Assembly: GCA_050295955.1 (NCBI GenBank)
Contig: JBNKQQ010000046.1
Span: 5,205 to 69,204, forward strand
Length of the DNA stretch: 64,000 nucleotides
Direction of reading: 5' to 3'
From: Thiohalomonadales bacterium
GTDB lineage: Bacteria; Pseudomonadota; Gammaproteobacteria; RBG-16-57-12
The notes below the pieces were generated by a model, which saw only the letters and a list, made by a program, of their open reading frames with translations, was not told the DNA's origin and did not search any database. Positions 41,959-51,154 of the stretch are shown piece by piece (position 1 is the first letter of the stretch; the number at the start of each line of letters is the position of its first letter). The position numbers were made by a program, and so were the translations under genes.

Positions 41959-42177
41959 ATGACCCAGTCCAATGAAAACACTATCGAGAAATTGTGCAAG
42001 ATTGTTCATGATAATCCCCAGCTACAAGCCAAACTTTTTGCCTATCATTATCGTGATCAATTTATTGAAGAAGTCATGCGGCTAGCGAAGGATTCAGGCC
42101 TCGACCTCAATACCACAGCACTAGCCAACGCAATGCAAGAGGGATATATCGCATGGCGCAATCACTCACAAAATTAG
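41959..42177 (+). CDS. Nif11-like domain small protein (72 aa)
   Basis: IEKLCKIVHDNPQLQAKLFAYHYRDQFIEEVMRLAKDSGLDLNTTAL fits the Nif11 pattern (L..F...v..d..Lq.kL......e.v..lAke.Gf.ft..eL). There is a roughly 17-aa tail, NAMQEGYIAWRNHSQN. The RBS is weak. Confidence 0.55.
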   Translation: MTQSNENTIEKLCKIVHDNPQLQAKLFAYHYRDQFIEEVMRLAKDSGLDLNTTALANAMQEGYIAWRNHSQN

Positions 42178-43133
42178 TCACCGATACCGATCCTCTCTCG
42201 GGATGGATTCCACTGTTTTTTTCCCCGAAAGATGAACAGATCACAGTGAATTGGGGCTATATGGGCCGACAGCGATTTGTTGAGCCCTTTTGTCACGATA
42301 CGCTACAAAAACTGGCGACACACCCATTCAATCGCCTATTTGGCCAACAGTCTACGCTGGATGTGTTGAGAGAAAGAGCCCATCGCTATCCTGGCCTGCC
42401 TCTTAAAGGTATTATTTTTCATATGAGTCGCTGCGGCTCGACACTACTCTCCCAATGGCTGACAGCACTGACTGACAGTGTTGTTCTATCGGAACCACCA
42501 CCTCTGGATAAATTGCTACAGCTTAGCCACCGCTGCGGTACAACAGAGGCAATTCAAGCCCTTATCAGTGCAATGGGTCAGCCTCGGCGCCCCGAGGATA
42601 AACAACTATTCTTAAAAGTGGATTGTTGGCATATGTTGCACATCGAGCGGCTATTGGAAGCTTTCCCCGATACTCCCTGGTTTTTTCTCTATCGTGATCC
42701 GGTAGAGGTCCTGGCCTCCCTCCAAAATATGCCAGGCTGGCACATGGTACCTGGTTCTCTAAAAGCCCATGGATTACATCCGCCAGAAGACTTGATATGC
42801 CATCCGCTTGGTCATGGGGCCTGGGTATTATCACAGGTATTGGAAAAGGCTCATCTGGCCATCACGCAATATGCCAATGGCGGACTACTCAACTATTCAG
42901 AACTTCCGCATGCGTTGGAAAATAAGCTTGCCCATCACTTTCATATTAACCTGAAAGCTCAAGATCGAGAGGCGTTATCACAGTGCCTTTGTCACCACTC
43001 AAAACAGCCCACGATGATATTTACATCTGACAAACAGGAAAAACTGAGAGAAGCCAGTCAGGAAGCAAGGGAGTTAAGTCAACATTGGTTGCTGTCTCAT
43101 TACCAAAAACTGGAATCACAAAACAACAGATAA
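42153..43133 (+). CDS. Sulfotransferase-family protein (PAPS-binding motifs present)
   Basis: The 5'-PSB-like loop is IFHMSRCGSTLLSQWL and the 3'-PB-like motif is FFLYRDPVEVLASL. A GAGGG RBS lies 9 nt upstream. The start overlaps the Nif11-like ORF by 25 nt. Confidence 0.7.
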   Translation: MAQSLTKLVTDTDPLSGWIPLFFSPKDEQITVNWGYMGRQRFVEPFCHDTLQKLATHPFNRLFGQQSTLDVLRERAHRYPGLPLKGIIFHMSRCGSTLLSQWLTALTDSVVLSEPPPLDKLLQLSHRCGTTEAIQALISAMGQPRRPEDKQLFLKVDCWHMLHIERLLEAFPDTPWFFLYRDPVEVLASLQNMPGWHMVPGSLKAHGLHPPEDLICHPLGHGAWVLSQVLEKAHLAITQYANGGLLNYSELPHALENKLAHHFHINLKAQDREALSQCLCHHSKQPTMIFTSDKQEKLREASQEARELSQHWLLSHYQKLESQNNR

Positions 43134-43161
43134 AAAAGGGCTGGAAATTGATCCAGCCCTT
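43131..43161. terminator. Bidirectional hairpin between the convergent sulfotransferase and SodC-like genes
   Basis: AGGGCTGGA (43137-43145) pairs with TCCAGCCCT (43152-43160). It is flanked by an A-run upstream, which gives a U-run on the minus strand. Confidence 0.65.
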
Positions 43162-43168
43162 CTGGGTG

Positions 43169-43639
43169 TTATTCGAAATCGATACAGGCAATTCGTGCCT
43201 TATCCGAATAGTCATGAATCACGATAGATTGTGCATCGGGGCGAGCGTAATGAGCATGTTTTGCATCAGCGGAAGCATTACCTGCCTCATTAGGGGTAAA
43301 GGTCAGCCAGATCTCGTTAACAGCATCTACTGCACCACCCACCTCATGCTGATAGTGGCCGCCACCACCCGTGCTACAAGGCTGATTATGCACATGAGTT
43401 GGATAGGTAGCACCCGCCATCAAACCTTTAACCTGAATATCGACAACGGTTTTACCGCTTGGAACACGCACCATTGAGGCATGCCCAGAAACCATTCCCT
43501 CACCATAACGCAGTGCGCCTTCATCAGTCAGCATTACGTCTCCGCTTGTCACCTGTGCACCCGCTGCAGTAGCCAGCATTGGCATTGCCAACATGGTCAT
43601 AGCGCAAGCAATAGCTATTGAATATTTTTTATTTGTCAT
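43169..43639 (-). CDS. Periplasmic Cu/Zn-superoxide-dismutase-like protein
   Basis: Has a signal peptide. THVHNQPC (H-x-H), GGGGHYQH and SIVIHD resemble the SodC metal-ligand blocks. The assignment is tentative. Confidence 0.45.
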   Translation of the reverse strand: MTNKKYSIAIACAMTMLAMPMLATAAGAQVTSGDVMLTDEGALRYGEGMVSGHASMVRVPSGKTVVDIQVKGLMAGATYPTHVHNQPCSTGGGGHYQHEVGGAVDAVNEIWLTFTPNEAGNASADAKHAHYARPDAQSIVIHDYSDKARIACIDFE

Positions 43640-43770
43640 GATATATCCCCCATTAAATTCATTGTTTAACTTGTACCAAAAGGTACGTGGGGTAATCTAC
43701 CATTCAGACTAATTCAATCAACTATTAAAAAATTACAGGATTTATTGACAACACCATAGCTACTGACACA

Positions 43771-44184
43771 TCAATCCTCACAGGAGGCGGATAATAAGAT
43801 CAATTTGAAAGGATCCACAATGGATTCAAGACCGTGCTGCACTCGCCACTCATCCTGCAGTTCATAAGCTTCCGCCTCAAGTAGCCCCAGGCATTGCTGT
43901 TGATGCTCCCCATTGCTCCACTGAACATAATGCACCAGCTCATGCAGCAGCCACGAGGCATATTCGGCATTACCCTGTCGGTAATCGCTGCGCAGATAGA
44001 TCGTAGAGTCCTTGTTATAAAAACCGGCCAGTTGACTGGCAGCACAGCGCTCCTTACTTTGAATACCGTAAAGTGCACAGAGGTTGCTGGCTTCGGTCAT
44101 CACCACATTGGGCTGCGTATAGCTGACCTCGTAGTCGGTATTGGTATCAATCCAGAGCAGCATCGCAAAAATCGTCTCAATCAT
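43771..44184 (-). CDS. Small hypothetical protein with an HExxH motif
   Basis: 137 aa containing LLHELVHYVQ followed by EAEAYELQ, a zincin-like signature. Confidence 0.5.
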   Translation of the reverse strand: MIETIFAMLLWIDTNTDYEVSYTQPNVVMTEASNLCALYGIQSKERCAASQLAGFYNKDSTIYLRSDYRQGNAEYASWLLHELVHYVQWSNGEHQQQCLGLLEAEAYELQDEWRVQHGLESIVDPFKLILLSASCED

Positions 44185-44329
44185 ATCTTGCTCCTATAAA
44201 ATAGGATCACCCTTAAACTATAGACGAAGATTGACTAAATTAGTGAGTTTCTCATCACACAACAGAAATCAAGCTGTCATCCAAAGCAACGCTGATCTAG
44301 ACTAAAAACGCCAAGATTAAGGAGTTATC

Positions 44330-45250
44330 GTGACTATTTCCTTTATCCATCATCCGGATTGTCAGCTACACGAGACCGATCCCTCGCACCCTGAATCAGC
44401 TGCCAGACTGACGACGATTCTCTCCCATATCGCCCCCATCCAGCATCAACTCCTGATGATTCATGCCACCGAGGCCGATCAAGCGCTATTAACCTTGGTG
44501 CACTCTCCAACACTTATCGATCAGGTTAATTTCAATGCCTCTATGGCCCGCCCAATGGATAGTGATACCGAAACCTCATTTCTCTCTTATGATGCCGCAC
44601 GTTATGCCGCGGGGGCAGGCCCGACAGCGGTAGAGCTGTTCCAGACTGGCGAAATTAACCTAGCGTTTGCTGCGGTAAGGCCGCCTGGTCACCACGCCAC
44701 AGCTGAGCGAGCCATGGGCTTCTGCCTGTTTAATAATATTGCTATCACCGCCCGCTATGCCCAACGTTGTGGCTATCGACGAGTATTGATCGTGGATTTT
44801 GATGTACACCATGGCAATGGCACTCAAGAGATCTTTTATGATGATGGCAGCATCTGCTATTTCAGTACCCACCAACATCCTGCCTACCCGGGTACGGGAT
44901 TGGCAGAGTCCACCGGTGTCGGTGATGGCGTGGGCACAACTTTTAACTTTCCCCTTCCTCCTGGCAGCGGGGATAGCGAGGTGGTCACGCTCTATCAGAA
45001 GCCATTAAAAAGGGTGGCCGAACAGTTTGGCCCGGAGATTGTACTGATCTCTGCCGGGTATGACCTTCATCAATTAGATCCATTGGCAGACTTTAATGTC
45101 ACCCTAAAAGGCATTGAGGCGATTGTGGAAGCCATACTGCAGTTGGGAGCGATGCCTAAGCTCTTTTTACTGGAGGGCGGCTACCATCTGGAAGCCTTGG
45201 GCAAGAGCGTGCGCACCACCCTTGAGGTGATGATGCGCTACGATGTTTGA
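44330..45250 (+). CDS. Histone deacetylase-family (class II/AcuC-like) deacetylase
   Basis: VRPPGHHA, DFDVHHGNGTQ and EGGY blocks. It has a GTG start with an AAGGAG RBS. Confidence 0.9.
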   Translation: MTISFIHHPDCQLHETDPSHPESAARLTTILSHIAPIQHQLLMIHATEADQALLTLVHSPTLIDQVNFNASMARPMDSDTETSFLSYDAARYAAGAGPTAVELFQTGEINLAFAAVRPPGHHATAERAMGFCLFNNIAITARYAQRCGYRRVLIVDFDVHHGNGTQEIFYDDGSICYFSTHQHPAYPGTGLAESTGVGDGVGTTFNFPLPPGSGDSEVVTLYQKPLKRVAEQFGPEIVLISAGYDLHQLDPLADFNVTLKGIEAIVEAILQLGAMPKLFLLEGGYHLEALGKSVRTTLEVMMRYDV

Positions 45251-45253
45251 TAC

Positions 45254-47935
45254 TTACTGACGTAGATCCTTCACCACGTGCACCACATCATCATCAATGG
45301 AGGATGGCTCAATAGTGAAACCGAGCTTTTTCACCAGGGAGAGCATGGGCTTGTTGATAGCCAGTACCTCTCCCTCAAACAGGCTCACCCCCTTCATCTT
45401 GGCGGAGAGTATCAAAGCCTTCATCAACCGGGTACCGATTCCCATCCCCTGTACCTGATCCGCCACCACCAAAGCAAACTCCACCGAGCGACCATCAGGA
45501 TTTAAGATATAGCGTCCCACCCCCAGCTCATCCGGCATATCCTCATGATCACTGACGGCCACAAACGCCATCTCCCGGTCATAGTCGATCTGGGTAAAGC
45601 GCACCAACATCTCTGGTGTCAGCTCCTGCAATGACTGCATAAAGCGGAAGTAACGACTCTCCTCTGAGAGATTTTTGACAAAGACATCTTCCATCTTGGC
45701 ATCTTCCGGGCGGATCGGACGGATAATAATATCCTGACCACTCGGCAGATGATGGGCCTCCACCAGATCACTGGGATAGGGGTGTATGGCCAAATGAGAA
45801 TATGGGCTAAGCTGGTGGGAGACCTTAGCCTTGATCCGGGCATCCACCGCCATCACCCCGCAATCATCAACAATCAGAGGATTGATATCCAACTCCACCA
45901 CCTCTGGCAACTCCACTACCAGATTGGAGAGGTTGATCAGAGTATTGATCAGCGCCTTGGTATTGGCCGCCGGCATCTGACGAAATGGACCTAAAAACTG
46001 TGCGGCCTTGGTCTTGGCAATCATCTGCTCTGCCATATACTCATTCAAGGGTGGAAGTGCGACCGATTTATCCTTGAGAATCTCTACCATGGCCCCCCCC
46101 AGGCCAAAACTGATGGCAGGCCCAAATACCGGGTCCCTGACAACCCCCACCATCATCTCACGACCATTCAGGGTGCGGTACATGGGCTCCACCGTCATCA
46201 CAATCTGCCCGATCTCCGGTTGCCGCTTGCGAATCAACTGTTCCATTTCAATAAAGTGATGGGAGATCTCTTTCACACTTCCGATATTGAGGCGTACGCC
46301 CCCCACATCCGACTTGTGAGTAAATTCCGGCATATTAATTTTCAGTGCCACAGGAAATCCCAAAGACTCCGCCGCCACCATTGCCTCCTTGGCACAAGTC
46401 ACCCGTATTGTCTGGGTAATGGGGATATGAAACGCGGCAAGTAACGACTTCGCCTCCTGAGTATCCAACACTGGCCGCCCTTCCGAAAGCACCCGCTCAA
46501 TAATCAAACGAGCACCATCCACATCAGGGGATTGGTAGTCCCGAATAGGCGCTGGCGTCTGCTTTAGCAGCTTCTGATTTTCTGTGTATTGGGCTAGGAA
46601 CGAAAAAGCATCTACCGCCATCTCAGGTGTGGTGAAATGGGCAACCCGGGTATTACTGAACATCGCCTGCCCTACTTTCACCCGCTCGCCCCCCGTCCAG
46701 GAAGCCAATACTGGCTTACGGCTCCGTTCTGCGGCTTGTATAACATACTCAGCGACTTTAGTAGGATCGGTCATTGCCTGAGGGGTAAGGATGATCAGCA
46801 CCCCGTCCACATTACTGTCCTTAAGGCAGACATCCAGCGCCTGTTGGTAGCGTTCCGGCGTGGCATCTCCCAAAATATCGACCGGATTAGCCCGGGACCA
46901 ATGGGCAGGAAGCATGCTATCCAGAGAGGCAAGGCTCTCCTGGCTCAATGCGGCCATCTGTAGTCCCAAATCACCCGCCCGGTCAGTAGACATCACACCA
47001 GGCCCACCGGCATTGGTGATAATGGCCAGACGGTTATGGGATACCACATAGTTATTGGCTAGCACCCGTGCGGCAGCAAACAGCTGGGCAATGCTGTAGG
47101 CACGCACGACACCGGTTCTTTCCACTGCCGCATCAAATACATCATCGCTGCCAACCAATGCCCCAGTATGAGACATAGCTGCCTTGGTACCCGCCTCATG
47201 GCGACCTGACTTAATCAAGACAACTGGCTTTAATCGTGCGGCGGCCTTTAATCCACTGATGAAACGTCGGGCATCATGAATCCCCTCTACATAGAGCAGA
47301 ATCGCCGTGGTTTTATTATCCATGGCCAAGTAGTCCAGGATCTCTCCAAAATCGATATCGGCCGCACCGCCCATGGAAACCACATTGGAAAAGCCGATTC
47401 CTTCCGCTTTAGCCCAATCAAGAATTGCCGTGCACACGGCCCCCGATTATGAAACCAAAGCCAGACTGCCTTCATCCACCAGCCCATCACCAAAGGTCGC
47501 GTTCAGCCTGCCACTGGGGCAGATCACCCCCAGACAATTAGGGCCGATAATGCGGATATTGTAGCGATGAGCAATATCAATCGCCTCCAACTCCAGACGC
47601 TTACCCTGACCACCCAATTCACTAAAGCCAGCGGTAATCACAATCACCGCCTTAACCCCTTTCTCGCCAGCCTGATGAATCAGCTCAGGCACCGTAGGAG
47701 CTGGCGTGGAGATCACCACTAGGTCAGGCGTATCGGGCAACGCCTCAATACTGGTATATGTGGTGTGACCAAGAATGGTGTGGTGCTTGAGATTGACCGG
47801 ATAAATCTCCCCCGTAAAGCCAGACTCAATAATATTCAGCATCAAGCGATGCCCCACACTCTCCGGCCTTTCTGAAGCCCCCACAATCGCAATAGAATGG
47901 GGATGAAAAAAATTATTCAGGTAATGCGGCCTCAT
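45254..47935 (-). pseudogene. Pat/YfiQ-type protein acetyltransferase (ADP-forming acetyl-CoA-synthetase-like domains plus C-terminal GNAT), interrupted by one in-frame TAA
   Basis: Two same-frame ORFs, 47447-47935 (CoA-binding domain) and 45254-47437. The minus strand reads GSLALVS-TAA-SGAVCTAILDWA, where homologues have VSQSGA. A GNAT domain sits at the C-terminus (GMGIGTRLM). This may be a genuine nonsense mutation or a sequencing error. Confidence 0.75.
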
Positions 47936-48169
47936 AGGATGAGACTCCCTGTTTTATTATTAAAACAAACGCTTTAAAACAACACTATCGCCGTGATAAA
48001 CCACTTCTCTCAAATAGTAGAAAAAGCGAGGCAAAAACTCGATGTAAAAAAGAATTAATTTTTCCCCAGCATCACGCATTGACAACATCCTGAGCCCCAA
48101 GGATATCCAGTGCGACAATACCTGGAAAAATAGAATACAAAAGAAATGAGAAAAGATTGAATGAGTAGA

Positions 48170-48217
48170 AAGAAAAACAAGAAAAACCGGTCTAAGAGAG
48201 ACAACTCAGAGACCGGT
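48170..48217 (-). terminator. Intrinsic terminator after the secreted-protein gene
   Basis: On the minus strand: ACCGGTCT...AGACCGGT (48186-48217) followed by TTTTCTTGTTTTT. Confidence 0.7.
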
Positions 48218-48236
48218 AAAAATAGACACTAATCAA

Positions 48237-49235
48237 TTAATTTGTGGTACCTGGTATAACCTCAAAGCTTGTTACATCATCGTAGATAATGTCACCCGTG
48301 TTCACATTCAGCAAACGCGCTTTCACAGTATATGCACCCACTGGTTCAGAGCCGTTAATGACATAACTTATATTTGTCATCACATCCATAGCATTCGGTC
48401 CCACGACGTAGTTACTCATTCTAGACAATGAATAGACATCGCCATTGGGGAAGTGCAGCCACACCTTCACATCAACCACTTCATCCTGTATAGAACTATT
48501 GGTAATCTCCGTATTGATCACCAAGCTATCACCCACTCCAAGTTGAGCATTATTCACCGATGTTTGAACAACCAATGAAGAATTAGCATCGTAGGTGTGC
48601 AGGATCAACTGCTTATTGGTTGCCCTGCCAACAGTGGTACCGTCATCCGCCACAACACCAATACTGAAAGGTTCTCCATTCCCCCAAGTACCAGTAACTT
48701 TGTTGAAGTCATTATATTCCAGGCCCAAGCCATAAACATGGATGACAGCATTCTCTTTGATAACAAGGCGGGTATCACCATCAGATGGTAAATCAGAGCC
48801 ATATAAATGGGTAACCGAACGCCCCCATAGCCATGCCCAATCCAGCACGCCACCATACATATAGAGTGTAGAATCCCCCAACATAGTAAAGCCGAATGAA
48901 TCGACAGCGCCTGTTGTGGTTACCCCTTCTACAACGTTATTTACTGTAACAATAGAATTATCATGGGCCATGATGCCACCAGAAACCGAACCATTATCGA
49001 TCACCAGTGCACTATCATTTTTTGTAGTAATAAACGAAATATGGCCACCACTCATGAGCGCAGTTGAAGACTCAGTAAGGGTAAGATCCCGAGCATCGGC
49101 CCCATCCAAAACGTTCACATGATCTGTGCCTGTAGCAGTGACACTCTCCGTACCATCCATAACAATAACCGCAGCATTGGCAGACAGAGTGTACATAGTC
49201 AGCAGGGCTGCTGACATAATCGATTTTGCATTCAT
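48237..49235 (-). CDS. Secreted protein of unknown function (repetitive N-terminal region plus Ig/CARDB-like C-terminal region)
   Basis: Signal peptide MNAKSIMSAALLTMYTLSANA. The sequence is Gly/Asp/Thr/Val-rich and periodic. The C-terminal region of about 110 aa has a beta-sandwich-like pattern. No family motif is recognised. Confidence 0.6.
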   Translation of the reverse strand: MNAKSIMSAALLTMYTLSANAAVIVMDGTESVTATGTDHVNVLDGADARDLTLTESSTALMSGGHISFITTKNDSALVIDNGSVSGGIMAHDNSIVTVNNVVEGVTTTGAVDSFGFTMLGDSTLYMYGGVLDWAWLWGRSVTHLYGSDLPSDGDTRLVIKENAVIHVYGLGLEYNDFNKVTGTWGNGEPFSIGVVADDGTTVGRATNKQLILHTYDANSSLVVQTSVNNAQLGVGDSLVINTEITNSSIQDEVVDVKVWLHFPNGDVYSLSRMSNYVVGPNAMDVMTNISYVINGSEPVGAYTVKARLLNVNTGDIIYDDVTSFEVIPGTTN

Positions 49236-49337
49236 CCAATATTTCCTTATTTTAAATACCTAAATGAGGCGCTAGGATAGCCTATGGGCTAATTGAATGG
49301 AAATAAATTGACAATACATAAGTAAATAAGGGTATAT

Positions 49338-50309
49338 TTATGTTTTTTCACGCAAGGCCACTTCCCTGGCGCCAAGCAGGCCAACCCGAGGTTCCATAAT
49401 CACCATCAGAGGAAATTTCGGCATTAGCTCTGCCATCGGTGCTTTATCACCATAAGCGTTGAGAAAGTCACTTTGTCGGATACGTTTGATGAGCTTAGGA
49501 GCAATTCCCCCAGCAATGTAGAGCCCACCATAGGGCAAGGTATTCAATGCATGGTTGCCCACCTGAGCTCCATAGATTTTCAAGAACAGCGCCATCGCTT
49601 CATTCGCCAAAGTATCTGGCGTTTCCAACGCATATTCGGCAATCACTGCAGCAGGATCCTCATTAATCATGCGCATAGCCATACGTTGAGATAACAGGCC
49701 AGGTGTCCGTTCCCGCAGGAAGTTAAAAATAGCCACCAGCCCTTTACCGGAAACCAATTCTTCATAGGTCACCCGATAACTGTTAAGGCGCATAAAACGC
49801 CATAACTCCATTTGCAGATCATCGGTAGGGGCAAAATCCACATGCCCCCCTTCAGTCGGCAAAACATCATAGTGATCATGATTCCAGACCATAATCGCCT
49901 GACCCAAACCAGTACCGGCCCCGATCAGAGCGCGGACCCCATGTTGACATTCGTGACCACTTTGCAGGACCTCTAGCGCATTCTGGGGTAATGCTGAAAT
50001 GCCAAAGCCAACAGCTTGAAAGTCATTAATTAGGATCACTTTGCCAATGGCAAAACGCTGCTGAAGTTGTTGGGCATCCAGCTGCCAGGGAAGATTGGTA
50101 ACCTTGGCCTGTTGTCCATCAATAGGGCCTGCCACCCCCAGGCAAGCTACATCAATTCGACCCTCGACCTGGGCAAGGAATTCATCTAGCATGGCGTCAA
50201 AGCTGCCGTAAGCGGCGCTCTTATACTCTTGTTCCAGCAACATCTGCTGAGGATTGGAGAGTTGCAGTATGACCTTGGTACCACCAATATCCGCCGCCAA
50301 TATTTTCAT
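49338..50309 (-). CDS. glk: Glucokinase
   Basis: MKILAADIGGTKV. The start at 50309 overlaps the pgl stop (ATGA). The ORF-track N-terminal extension to 50402 lies inside pgl. Confidence 0.93.
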   Translation of the reverse strand: MKILAADIGGTKVILQLSNPQQMLLEQEYKSAAYGSFDAMLDEFLAQVEGRIDVACLGVAGPIDGQQAKVTNLPWQLDAQQLQQRFAIGKVILINDFQAVGFGISALPQNALEVLQSGHECQHGVRALIGAGTGLGQAIMVWNHDHYDVLPTEGGHVDFAPTDDLQMELWRFMRLNSYRVTYEELVSGKGLVAIFNFLRERTPGLLSQRMAMRMINEDPAAVIAEYALETPDTLANEAMALFLKIYGAQVGNHALNTLPYGGLYIAGGIAPKLIKRIRQSDFLNAYGDKAPMAELMPKFPLMVIMEPRVGLLGAREVALREKT

Positions 50310-51052
50310 TGCAGCAGCGCCTTCGGTAGCTTGGCTGCGGCAGCCTGATCCAACATCCAAGTGAGCTGTCCCCTCGGCTGCACCCCTTGTACTGGATAGC
50401 AACCGGGGGCAGCACTAACCAGCACCTCTTCCAGACGGTCAGCCTTATTGGCACCCGCGACCAATAAAGTAACCTGTGCTGCATTATTGATGATGGGATA
50501 GGTCAAGGTGATGCGATCCGTATGTAACTGGGGAACATGCAGTGCAGTCACCCAATGTATCTTTTCATCCAGTGCAGTAGTCCCGGGAAACAGTGAAGCG
50601 GTATGCCCATCATCCCCCATACCCAGCAATACCAGATCAAACTGAGGGAGCCCATTGTGTTGTGGAAGTGCCGTAAGTTGTTCAGCATACGCCGCAGCTG
50701 CACTCTCCAGGCTTTCCGATTCCCCCTGTATACGATGTATTTGCAATGGGGGGATAGGCAATTCATTCAGCATCGCTTCACAAGCCATACGGTAATTGCT
50801 GTCAGGATGATCCGGGCTAACACTGCGCTCATCACCGAAGTAGATGTATACACTTGACCAATCGATCCGTCTGTTAAATGCCTCACTGGCTAAATGCTGG
50901 TAGAGGCGTTTGGGCGTAGAACCGCCAGAAAGCGCGATATAAAATGCACCTCGCTGTGCAATGGCTTGTTGTGCCAGGAACACCACCTGCTCAGCCGCTG
51001 CCAGACTCACCGCCTCACCATCTGCCAATACCTGAATCTCTCGCTGCATCAC
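50306..51052 (-). CDS. pgl: 6-phosphogluconolactonase
   Basis: IALSGGSTP and LLGMGDDGHTASLFPG. Confidence 0.95.
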   Translation of the reverse strand: MMQREIQVLADGEAVSLAAAEQVVFLAQQAIAQRGAFYIALSGGSTPKRLYQHLASEAFNRRIDWSSVYIYFGDERSVSPDHPDSNYRMACEAMLNELPIPPLQIHRIQGESESLESAAAAYAEQLTALPQHNGLPQFDLVLLGMGDDGHTASLFPGTTALDEKIHWVTALHVPQLHTDRITLTYPIINNAAQVTLLVAGANKADRLEEVLVSAAPGCYPVQGVQPRGQLTWMLDQAAAAKLPKALLQ

Positions 51053-51154
51053 CCTCTCCTACTTAATTGTTTTTTTATCTGCAACCCGGAGGTTTCTACC
51101 CATGGAGAAAGTTCGGTAGAATAGCCCGATTGTTTAACTGTAAAGCGATGCGGT

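Noticed and set aside
42069-42177. The possibility that the Nif11-like ORF and the sulfotransferase are one frameshifted fusion gene.
   Set aside because: The sulfotransferase frame is closed by a TGA at 42066-42068. Upstream of its ATG it translates to an implausible Arg/Ser/Pro-rich sequence. The ATG at 42153 has its own GAGGG RBS. Two overlapping genes is the simpler reading.
49338-50402. The 354-aa version of the glucokinase ORF and the nested ORF 50221-50484.
   Set aside because: The N-terminal 31 codons of the long ORF lie inside pgl in another frame. The canonical glk N-terminus MKILAADIGGTKV starts at 50309 with an ATGA overlap to the pgl stop.
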